A stretch of 64,000 nucleotides of DNA from Burkholderiales bacterium. GTDB lineage: Bacteria > Pseudomonadota > Gammaproteobacteria > Burkholderiales > SG8-39. The notes below the pieces were generated by a model, which ran no database searches, was not told the origin of the DNA, and saw only the letters and a list, made by a program, of their open reading frames with translations. The stretch spans positions 7,902 through 71,901 of the forward strand of contig JAOAEA010000011.1 of the NCBI GenBank assembly GCA_026417035.1, written 5' to 3'. The translations under genes were made by a program, and so were the position numbers. Below are positions 10,424 through 17,955 of this stretch, one piece after another (positions within the stretch are counted from its first letter, which is position 1; each line of letters begins with the position of its first letter).

Positions 10424-11419
10424 ATGAAAGCGCTGGTCTACACGGCACCGAACGAGGTCACGTACCGTGACGAGCCCGAGCCCGTCCGCGGCGAGGGCGA
10501 GGCCGTCCTGCGGATCGACGCCGTCGGGATCTGCGGCTCGGACATGCATGCCTTCCACGGCCGCGACCCGCGGCGCGTGCCGCCGCTCATCCTCGGCCAC
10601 GAGTTCTGCGGCACGATCGTCGCCGGACCGGGCCAGGGCAAGCGCGTCACCGGCAACCCGCTCATCACTTGCGGCACTTGCGAGTATTGCGTGCAGGGGC
10701 GCAACAACCTCTGCGCCAACCGCACCATGGTGGGCATGACGCGCGCCGGGGCGTTCGCCGAGCGGATGTCCATCCCGGCGACGAGCCTGGTCGAAATGCC
10801 GCAGGACATGGATCCGGTCAAGGCCGCGCTGACCGAGCCGGCGGCGACGGCGCTGCACGCCCTGGACCTCGCGACGCGTGCGGCGCGGCGCCCCCTGCCG
10901 GAGCTTGCGCTCTACGTCATCGGCGGCGGCGCCATCGGCCTGCTCACGGCGCTCCTCGCGCGGAGCTACGGATGCCGCCGGATCGTGCTCGCGGAGACCA
11001 ATCCGCTGCGGCGCGCTTCCGCAGAGCGCGCGGCAGGCTGCAGGGTGCTCGATCCGCTCGCCGGCGAGGCTCCGGCGGATGGTTCGATCGACCTCGTGAT
11101 CGACGCGGTCGGTGGCGGCGCGACGCGCAAGGCCGCGCTCGCCGCCGTGAAGCCGGGCGGCGTCGTGCTCCACGTCGGCCTGCAGGACTGGGCGAGCGAG
11201 ATCGACATGCGCAAGCTGACGCTCGCGGAGGTGACTCTGATCGGCACGTACACCTACTCCACGGCCGACCTGCGCGCGACGGTGAAGGCGCTCGCCGAGG
11301 GCGCCTTCGGCGATCTCGCCTGGGTGGAGACCCGGCCACTCGCCGACGGCGCACGGGCGTTCGACGACCTCGACAAGGGACGCTCGGCCGCGGCGAAGAT
11401 CGTGCTGACCCCGGCTTGA
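10424..11419 (+). CDS. Zn-dependent alcohol dehydrogenase (sorbitol/threonine dehydrogenase-like MDR)
   Basis: MKALVYTAPNEV..., CGSDMHAF, GHEFCGTIV, CGTCEYCVQGRNNLC, GGGAIGLL. Start at ATG 10424 within ORF 10124..11419. Confidence 0.88.
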   Translation: MKALVYTAPNEVTYRDEPEPVRGEGEAVLRIDAVGICGSDMHAFHGRDPRRVPPLILGHEFCGTIVAGPGQGKRVTGNPLITCGTCEYCVQGRNNLCANRTMVGMTRAGAFAERMSIPATSLVEMPQDMDPVKAALTEPAATALHALDLATRAARRPLPELALYVIGGGAIGLLTALLARSYGCRRIVLAETNPLRRASAERAAGCRVLDPLAGEAPADGSIDLVIDAVGGGATRKAALAAVKPGGVVLHVGLQDWASEIDMRKLTLAEVTLIGTYTYSTADLRATVKALAEGAFGDLAWVETRPLADGARAFDDLDKGRSAAAKIVLTPA

Positions 11420-11501
11420 TGCCCGGGCCGCCGGCGGCGACAATGGCCGCGGCCGTCGCCCGGCGTGGGGGCGGCCGCAACCTGAACCGGGGGGCACTGC
11501 C

Positions 11502-12083
11502 ATGAGGACGACTTTCGCTGCGCTCGCCGTGATCGCGGCGCTTTCCGCCGGTGCCGCCGGCGCCGCCGTCGTCTCGGGCGTCAAGGTGGACGACAAGGCG
11601 CAGGTCGCCGCCGGCGGGCCCGAGCTCGTGCTGAACGGCGCGGGCGTGCGCACCCGGCTCATGTTCGACGTCTACGTCGCCGCCCTCTACCTCCCGGAGA
11701 AGAAGACGAACGCGGCGGACGTGCTCGCGGCTGCCGGCCCGAAGCGGGTCGCGATGACGATGATGCGCGACGTGGGCGCCGATCAGCTCGCCGAGAGCCT
11801 GAACGAGGGCATCCGGCTCAACACCCCGCCGGAAGAGCTCGCGAAGATGAAGGCGCAGCTCGACGAGCTGATGGCGACGATGAAGGCGGTCGGCACCGCG
11901 AGGAAGGGCGACCTGATCGCGCTCGACTTCGTGCCGGAAGCCGGGACGCGCGTCTCGGTGAACGGCAAGGAGACGGGCAAGCCGATCGCGGGCGCCGATT
12001 TCTACCGCGCGCTGCTCAGGATCTGGCTCGGCGAGAAGCCGGTGCAGGACAACCTGAAGAAGGCTTTGCTCGGCGGCGGCTGA
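11502..12083 (+). CDS. Chalcone isomerase-like family protein, secreted
   Basis: Signal peptide (MRTTFAALAVIAALSAGAAGAA). LVLNGAGVRTRLMFDVYVAALYL and FYRALLRIWLG are typical of the bacterial CHI-like family. Confidence 0.75.
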   Translation: MRTTFAALAVIAALSAGAAGAAVVSGVKVDDKAQVAAGGPELVLNGAGVRTRLMFDVYVAALYLPEKKTNAADVLAAAGPKRVAMTMMRDVGADQLAESLNEGIRLNTPPEELAKMKAQLDELMATMKAVGTARKGDLIALDFVPEAGTRVSVNGKETGKPIAGADFYRALLRIWLGEKPVQDNLKKALLGGG

Positions 12084-12259
12084 GGCCGGGGCGCGAGGAT
12101 TCGGGATCCAGGCGGAGCGGCGGGATGCGCGGCGACCCGAGGCGCGTCGGCAACGCGCAGCGCCGCCTCCGCGAGCGCCCGTCCGCGCCCTGAATCGTCC
12201 AGCCCGACGCACGTATCCCCGACCCCGAATGCCGATTCCCGTTCCGTGATTCCCGAGCC

Positions 12260-12673
12260 ATGCATCCGTTCCATCTCGCCTTCCCCGTGACCAGCCTCGC
12301 CAAGGCGCGCGCCTTCTACGGCGGCCTGCTCGGGTGTCCCGAAGGGCGATCCTCGGACGACTGGGTGGACTTCGACTTCTACGGGCACCAGATCGTCGCC
12401 CACCTCGCGCCCGAGGAGGCGGGGCATCGCAAGACGAGCGCCGTGGACGGCGACCAGGTCCCGGTGCGCCACTTCGGCGTCGTGCTGCCGATGGACGAGT
12501 GGGAGCGGCTCGCGGCGAGGCTCCGGGCGGCCGGCGTCGAGTTCATCATCGAGCCGCACGTCCGCTTCAAGGGCGAGGTGGGCGAGCAGGCGACGATGTT
12601 CTTCCTCGATCCGTGCGGCAACGCCCTTGAGTTCAAGGCGTTCAAGGACATCGGCCGGCTCTTCGCGAAGTAG
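12260..12673 (+). CDS. VOC (glyoxalase/bleomycin-resistance/dioxygenase) family protein
   Basis: [26 protein letters not shown]... and the C-terminal [13 protein letters not shown] are typical of VOC-fold proteins. Confidence 0.8.
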   Translation: MHPFHLAFPVTSLAKARAFYGGLLGCPEGRSSDDWVDFDFYGHQIVAHLAPEEAGHRKTSAVDGDQVPVRHFGVVLPMDEWERLAARLRAAGVEFIIEPHVRFKGEVGEQATMFFLDPCGNALEFKAFKDIGRLFAK

Positions 12674-12828
12674 CGCGGGCGCCCGGCGGGAGTTCGCCGG
12701 CTGGCTATAATCGCTGCGCTCGCGGCGGCGAGCGGTCCGGGGGGGCGATGCTCCGGGCCGGGAGAAAGGGTGCCGGCCAAGGCCCTGCGTCGTCTCGCCG
12801 CGGCTTCACCAACACCGGAGGAGCATCG

Positions 12829-13785
12829 ATGAAACGGACGCTGTTTTCGCTCGCGCTCGCCGCGGGCGTCGCGCTGGCCGGGCCCGCGGCCGCGCAGAAC
12901 ATCTCGATCGGCACGGGCGGCACCGGCGGGGTGTATTACCCGATGGGCGGGGGCCTCGCGAACATCCTGTCGAGGTACGTGAGCGGGATGCAGGCGACCG
13001 CCGAGGTGACCGGTGGCTCGGTGGACAACCTCAAGCTCCTCGGGAGCGGTAAGGCCGACGTCGGCTTCTCCATGGCGGACGCCGGCTGGGACGCCTACAA
13101 GGGCCAGGACAAGTTCACGGGCGCTCCCGTGCCGGTGCGCACGCTGGCCGTGCTCTACCCGAACCGCATGCACGTCGTGACCGTGGAGGGCACCGGCATC
13201 AACACCATGGCCGACCTCAAGGGCAAGCGGGTCTCCACCGGCTCGCCGGGCAGCGCGACGGAGGTGATGGCGTTCCGGCTGATCGAGGCCGCCGGGCTCG
13301 ACCGGGAGAAGGACCTCAAGCGCGAGCGCCTCGGCGTCGCGGAGAGCGTGAACGCGCTCAAGGACAAGAAGATCGACGCGTTCTTCTGGGTCGGCGGAAT
13401 CCCGACGGCGGCGGTCACCGACCTCGCCGCGACGCCGGGCGTGAAGATCAAGCTGATCGATCACGCCGAGTTCGTCGACGCCATGAACAAGAAGTCCGGC
13501 CCGCTCTACGTGAAGGACGTCATCCCGGCGAAGTCCTACGCGGGGCAGGACGCGCCCAACCAGATCGCGAGCGTCTGGAACATCCTCGTGGCCTCCGAGA
13601 AGATGTCCGACCAGACCGCCTACAACATCGTGAAGACGCTGTTCGAGAAGAAGCCCGAGCTCATCGCCGTCCACAAGGAGGCGCAGAACATCGACTTCAA
13701 GTATCAGAACAACAGCGCGTCGCCGGTCCCCTACCACCCCGGGGCGATCAGGTACTTCAAGGAGCAGGGCATCGAGCTGCGGTGA
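12829..13785 (+). CDS. TAXI-family TRAP transporter solute receptor
   Basis: Signal peptide then IGTGGTGGVYYPMGGGLA, the TAXI hallmark. RBS GGAGGAG. Start at ATG 12829 within ORF 12748..13785. Confidence 0.9.
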   Translation: MKRTLFSLALAAGVALAGPAAAQNISIGTGGTGGVYYPMGGGLANILSRYVSGMQATAEVTGGSVDNLKLLGSGKADVGFSMADAGWDAYKGQDKFTGAPVPVRTLAVLYPNRMHVVTVEGTGINTMADLKGKRVSTGSPGSATEVMAFRLIEAAGLDREKDLKRERLGVAESVNALKDKKIDAFFWVGGIPTAAVTDLAATPGVKIKLIDHAEFVDAMNKKSGPLYVKDVIPAKSYAGQDAPNQIASVWNILVASEKMSDQTAYNIVKTLFEKKPELIAVHKEAQNIDFKYQNNSASPVPYHPGAIRYFKEQGIELR

Positions 13786-13878
13786 CCCCGCCGCCGCGAG
13801 GCGGCCACGCCATCGCGGCGGTTCGGTCGCGGTGCGGTCGTCGCGAGCCGGCCGCGAGGGGGCGGCCGGCGTGGCGTT

Positions 13879-15084
13879 TCAGCCTCCCGGCTCCGCGCTC
13901 ACGCCCTTCGCCATGAGGGCGTCGATCTCCGCCTCCGAGTAGCCGGCCTCGCGCAGGACCGCGCGGGAGTCCTCGCCCAGGCGCGGCGCAGGCCTGCCGG
14001 GCTCGGGCTGCGAGTCCGACCACGAGGTCGGCACCGCCATGCGGCGGATGCGGCCTTCGGTCGGGTGGTCCTCCCAGCGGAAGAACCCGACGGCCTCGAG
14101 GTGCGGATGCGCGAGCAGGTCCCCGACGCTGTTCATCGGCGCGGCGGGGATGTCGGCCGCCTCGAAGAGGGCGAGCCACTCCGCGGTGGTGCGCGTCGCC
14201 ATCACTTGCGCGACGTACGCGTACACCTCGGCGATGTGCGCCGCGCGGTTCGAGTGGGTCGCGAAGCGGGCATCGCGTTCCATCCTCTCCGGCTCGCCGA
14301 TCGCCGCGAAGAAGCTCTTCCACTGCTTGTCGTTGTAGATCAGCACGCAGACATGCCCGTCCTTCGTGGCGTACGGCCGCCGGTGCTCGGCGAGCAGCCG
14401 CGCGTAGCCGGGCGTGCCGAGCGGCGGATCGAAGGTCTCGCCGCCCAAGTGGTCACCCAGCACGAACTGCACCACGGCCTCGAACATCGGCACCTCGACC
14501 GACTGGCCGCGGCCGGTGCGCTCCCGATGAAAGAGCGCGGCGCACACCGCGTAGACGACGTGCAGCCCGGTGAGCCGGTCGGCGAGCGTCACCGGCGCGT
14601 AACGCGGCGTGGGGTTGCCTTGGGCGCGGAACAGGGCCGGAATCCCGCCTGCGCCCTGGATGAGGTCGTCGTACGCGGGCTTGGCGGCGTAGGGGCCGCG
14701 CTGCCCATAGCCGTATGCGCCGACGTAGACGATCCGCTCGTTGGCGGCGCGCACCTCGTCGTAGGAGAGCCCGAGCCGGGCCATCGCCTGCGGCCGGACG
14801 TTGTAGACGAGGACATCGGCGCCGGCGGCGAGGCGCAGCAGCGCGGCGCGGCCCTCGGGCGCCTTCAGGTCGAGCACGATGCTCCGCTTGCCCCGCCCGG
14901 CGTGCAGGTAGATGTGACCCATGCCCGGGTTCCGGAACGGGCCCACGTGGCGCATGTTGTCGCCCTCGCGCGTCTCGACCTTGATCACGTCGGCGCCGAG
15001 GTCGGCGAGGATCTGGGTGGCGAACGGGCCCATGACCACGGTGGTCATGTCGATGACGCGCACGCCTGCGAGGGGGCCGGGCAA
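13879..15084 (-). CDS. Family III CoA-transferase (CaiB/BaiF)
   Basis: PLAGVRVIDMTTVVMGPFATQILADLGADVIKVE N-terminus. Proposed TTG start at 15084, preceded by GGAG. The remaining 800 upstream codons of ORF 13879..17529 are antisense to the TRAP permease and R/E/D-rich. Confidence 0.85.
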   Translation of the reverse strand: MPGPLAGVRVIDMTTVVMGPFATQILADLGADVIKVETREGDNMRHVGPFRNPGMGHIYLHAGRGKRSIVLDLKAPEGRAALLRLAAGADVLVYNVRPQAMARLGLSYDEVRAANERIVYVGAYGYGQRGPYAAKPAYDDLIQGAGGIPALFRAQGNPTPRYAPVTLADRLTGLHVVYAVCAALFHRERTGRGQSVEVPMFEAVVQFVLGDHLGGETFDPPLGTPGYARLLAEHRRPYATKDGHVCVLIYNDKQWKSFFAAIGEPERMERDARFATHSNRAAHIAEVYAYVAQVMATRTTAEWLALFEAADIPAAPMNSVGDLLAHPHLEAVGFFRWEDHPTEGRIRRMAVPTSWSDSQPEPGRPAPRLGEDSRAVLREAGYSEAEIDALMAKGVSAEPGG

Positions 15085-15270
15085 GGAGGTCTCCGCAAAA
15101 AGAGCGTTCGCGCAGCGTCCCCACCGAGCACGAGGAGCCCGCCGGCTGCGCCGGGCGGCAAATTCTAGCGGTTCGCGCGGCCGCGGCGCGTCCCGTACAA
15201 TGCCGCCGCCTCGCGCGCGATGGCGAGCGGCGCCGGGCGTCGCCGAGGCACACCACCGGGACCACAACGG

Positions 15271-17388
15271 ATGGGGCAGAAGAACGCCGCAGGGGAGGGG
15301 CTCGACGGGACGCTTCCCGCCGTGAGCGAGGCGGCGCTCGCGAAGGCCGAGGAGTTCGTCGAGGAAGAGGAGGGCGCGCTCAACCGCTTCCGCGGCGCGC
15401 TCGGCGTCGCGGTCGCGCTCGGCGCGGTCGCGATGTCGCTCTTCCACCTGTACGCGGCCTACTGGATCGTCCCCGCGATGCAGCTCCGCGCGATCCACGT
15501 CGGCTTCGCGCTGGTCCTCACCTTCCTCCTCTACCCGGTTTCGCGGCGCTTCCGCGACCGGTTGCAGTGGTTCGACGTCGTGCTCGCCGTGCTCGCGCTC
15601 GCCGCCATTGGCTGGATGCTCTACTGGGGCGACGACTTCGGCGACCGCGCCACCGATCCGACCACGGTCGACCAGGTGCTCGGCGTCGTCCTCGTCCTGC
15701 TCATTTTGGAGGCGACGCGCCGCAGCTCGGGGTGGGTGATGCCCGCGGTCGTGGTGCTCTTCGTCGCCTACGCCATGGCGGGCCCGCACCTGCCGCCGCC
15801 CTGGACGCACCGCGGCTACGACGTGGCGCGCCTCATCGGCCAGCTCTACATGACGCTCGAGGGCATCTTCGGCGTGGCGATCGACGTGTGCGCGACGCTC
15901 ATCATCCTCTTCACGATCTACGGCGCGTTCCTGCAGTTTTCGAAGGCCGGCAAGTTCTTCATCGACTTCTCCTTCGCGGCGATGGGCGGCAAGCCCTCGT
16001 CGGCCGGGCGCGCCGTCGTGCTGGGGAGCTTCCTCCTCGGCGGGCCCTCGGGCTCGGGCGTCGCGACGACGGTGACGCTCGGCTCGGTCGCGTATCCGCT
16101 GCTCGCACGCTCCGGCTACGAGAAGAACGCCGCCGGGGGGCTGCTCGCGGCCGGCGGCCTGGGCGCGATCCTCTCGCCGCCGGTGCTCGGCGCGGCGGCG
16201 TTCCTGATCGCGGAGTTCCTCAAGATCTCGTACCTCGACGTGATCCTGATGGCGACGATCCCGACGCTGCTCTACTACTTCTCGATCTTCCTCATGGTCG
16301 AGATGGACGCGCGCAAGTACGCCATGCACGACGTGCCGCTCGGCGAGCGCGCGAGCCTCGCGACGCTCACGCGCCGCTACGGCTTTCACTTCCTCTCGCT
16401 CGCGGCGATCGTCGTCTTCATGCTGATGGGCTACTCGCCGATGCTCTCGGTGTTCTGGGCTATCGGCGTGGTGTTCGCCCTGTCCTTCATCCAGCGCGAC
16501 ACCGCGCTCGTCGACTACGGCGTCTTCACCGGGCGGCTCCCGCTGGTGCGCGGCCTGTGGGGCTCGGGCCTGCGCAAGGCGCTCGAGACGGGCTCGACCG
16601 GGGTGCTCAACGTGTCGGCGACGTGTGCCTCCGCCGGCGTGATTGTCGGCGTCGTCACCCTGACGGGGCTCGGGCTCAAGTTCAGCGCGATCGTGCTCGA
16701 CTACGCCGACGGCGGCGCGCGCGGCCTGGTGCAGCTCTGGGGGCTCTTCGGCGCCGCCGACACCCCCGCGCTCCTCGCGCAGATGAAGCTCCTCCTGACG
16801 GCGCTCTTCACCTCGCTGATCGTCTGGATCGTCGGGCTGGCGGTCCCGGTGACCGCGAGCTACATCATCTGCGCGGTGATCGCGGCGCCGGCGCTCATCA
16901 AGCTCGGCGTGCCGGACTTCGCGGCGCACATGTTCATCTTCTACTACGCGGTGCTCTCCGAGGTCTCGCCGCCGACCGCGCTCTCGCCGTTCGCCGCCGC
17001 CGCGATCACCGGCGGCGACCCGTACCGGACGACGCTGCAGTCGTGGAAGTACACCATGCCGGCCTTCCTGGTCCCCTTCATGTTCGTCCTCGATCCCGCC
17101 GGCGTCGGCCTGCTGCTCAACGGGTCGTTCAAGGCCCTGGAAAGGGCGGACTGGGCCTCGATCCTGCTCATCTCCGGGGCTGCCGCGATCGGCATCACAG
17201 CGCTCGCCGCGGGGCTTCAGGGCTGGCTGTTCAAGAAGACCACGCGGCTCGAGCGCTGGATCCTCGTGGCCGCCGGGGTCGCGATCGTCTATCCCGCGGC
17301 GGTCACGGACGCGATCGGGCTCGGCGGCTTCCTGCTCGCGCTCTTCCTCCAGTGGGTGCGGCGTTCTCCGCGGCCAATGGCGACGTGA
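15271..17388 (+). CDS. TRAP transporter fused permease (TAXI-type DctQ-DctM fusion)
   Basis: About 705-aa polytopic membrane protein. The cytoplasmic N-terminus with an acidic run (EEFVEEEEGALNRFRG) is typical of TAXI-associated fused permeases. The start could also be 15220. Confidence 0.88.
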   Translation: MGQKNAAGEGLDGTLPAVSEAALAKAEEFVEEEEGALNRFRGALGVAVALGAVAMSLFHLYAAYWIVPAMQLRAIHVGFALVLTFLLYPVSRRFRDRLQWFDVVLAVLALAAIGWMLYWGDDFGDRATDPTTVDQVLGVVLVLLILEATRRSSGWVMPAVVVLFVAYAMAGPHLPPPWTHRGYDVARLIGQLYMTLEGIFGVAIDVCATLIILFTIYGAFLQFSKAGKFFIDFSFAAMGGKPSSAGRAVVLGSFLLGGPSGSGVATTVTLGSVAYPLLARSGYEKNAAGGLLAAGGLGAILSPPVLGAAAFLIAEFLKISYLDVILMATIPTLLYYFSIFLMVEMDARKYAMHDVPLGERASLATLTRRYGFHFLSLAAIVVFMLMGYSPMLSVFWAIGVVFALSFIQRDTALVDYGVFTGRLPLVRGLWGSGLRKALETGSTGVLNVSATCASAGVIVGVVTLTGLGLKFSAIVLDYADGGARGLVQLWGLFGAADTPALLAQMKLLLTALFTSLIVWIVGLAVPVTASYIICAVIAAPALIKLGVPDFAAHMFIFYYAVLSEVSPPTALSPFAAAAITGGDPYRTTLQSWKYTMPAFLVPFMFVLDPAGVGLLLNGSFKALERADWASILLISGAAAIGITALAAGLQGWLFKKTTRLERWILVAAGVAIVYPAAVTDAIGLGGFLLALFLQWVRRSPRPMAT

Positions 17389-17398
17389 CGCGCCGCGC

Positions 17399-17426
17399 TT
17401 GACATGCAAATGAGAACCATTATCAT
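17399..17426 (+). promoter_or_regulatory. Sigma70-type promoter (TTGACA-16 nt-TATCAT) overlapped by a Fur box
   Basis: TTGACA at 17399..17404 and TATCAT at 17421..17426. GCAAATGAGAACCATTATC (17407..17425) matches the 19-bp Fur consensus GATAATGATAATCATTATC at 15/19 positions. This is an isolated AT-rich patch in a 70% GC context. Confidence 0.7.
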
Positions 17427-17488
17427 CTGAGCCGTGCCGCGGGCTGCGGGGCGGGGGCCCCTCCGACGGCGAGACCGGAGGGGAACGC

Positions 17489-17782
17489 ATGGATCGCCAT
17501 CCGCACCAGGACGCCGAGCGGGCCGACATTCTGTTGAGCGCCGCGCTTTACCTCATCTCCCGCTATGCCGCCGCGGCGGCTCAAGGGTCGGTGTGCTCGC
17601 GGCTCGCCGTCTCGATCCAATGCCACCTCGAGATCCTGGCGGAGCGGACCGACGTCGCGCGCCTCGTGCGCGACACCTGCGGCCTGCTCGCCGAGGAGTG
17701 GCGCCGGAGCGTCGCGAACGAGGCGGAGCGTCCCTGCGGGCCGGCGTTGCTCGCGCTGGTGGCGCGCGCACGGATGCGGTGA
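17489..17782 (+). CDS. Hypothetical 97-aa protein (no recognised family; 4 Cys)
   Basis: ATG 7 nt after GGAGGGG. Starts about 60 nt downstream of the Fur-box promoter. Predicted helical, high GC3. Confidence 0.55.
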   Translation: MDRHPHQDAERADILLSAALYLISRYAAAAAQGSVCSRLAVSIQCHLEILAERTDVARLVRDTCGLLAEEWRRSVANEAERPCGPALLALVARARMR

Positions 17783-17955
17783 GCCGTCGCGAAAGCTTAC
17801 ATACGACCCGGGCCGGCCTGGGCGGGATCGGCGTAAGAACTTCACTTCCATGATTTTTCTTCAGCCGGCGCGGTTTATGCATCCCTCACCGACTCACGCT
17901 CGCGGTTGTCGCCAAGGGCCGTGCTCGAGCGGCCGCTTGGACGGGGAAGGGAGCC

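Noticed and set aside
12706-12711. TATAAT hexamer upstream of the TAXI receptor gene, and TAGAAT-type hexamers at 21813..21818 (typA, minus strand) and about 44918 as promoters.
   Set aside because: The -10-like hexamers are clear, but no convincing -35 element sits at 16 to 18 nt. They are too weakly supported to list as features, although the typA one has a TG extended -10.
15085-17529. N-terminal 800 codons of ORF 13879..17529, which would make a 1216-aa CoA-transferase fusion.
   Set aside because: This part is antisense to the TRAP fused permease and is R/E/D/H-rich with no motifs. The CoA-transferase N-terminal motif (PLAGVRVID) starts right after a TTG preceded by GGAG at 15084.
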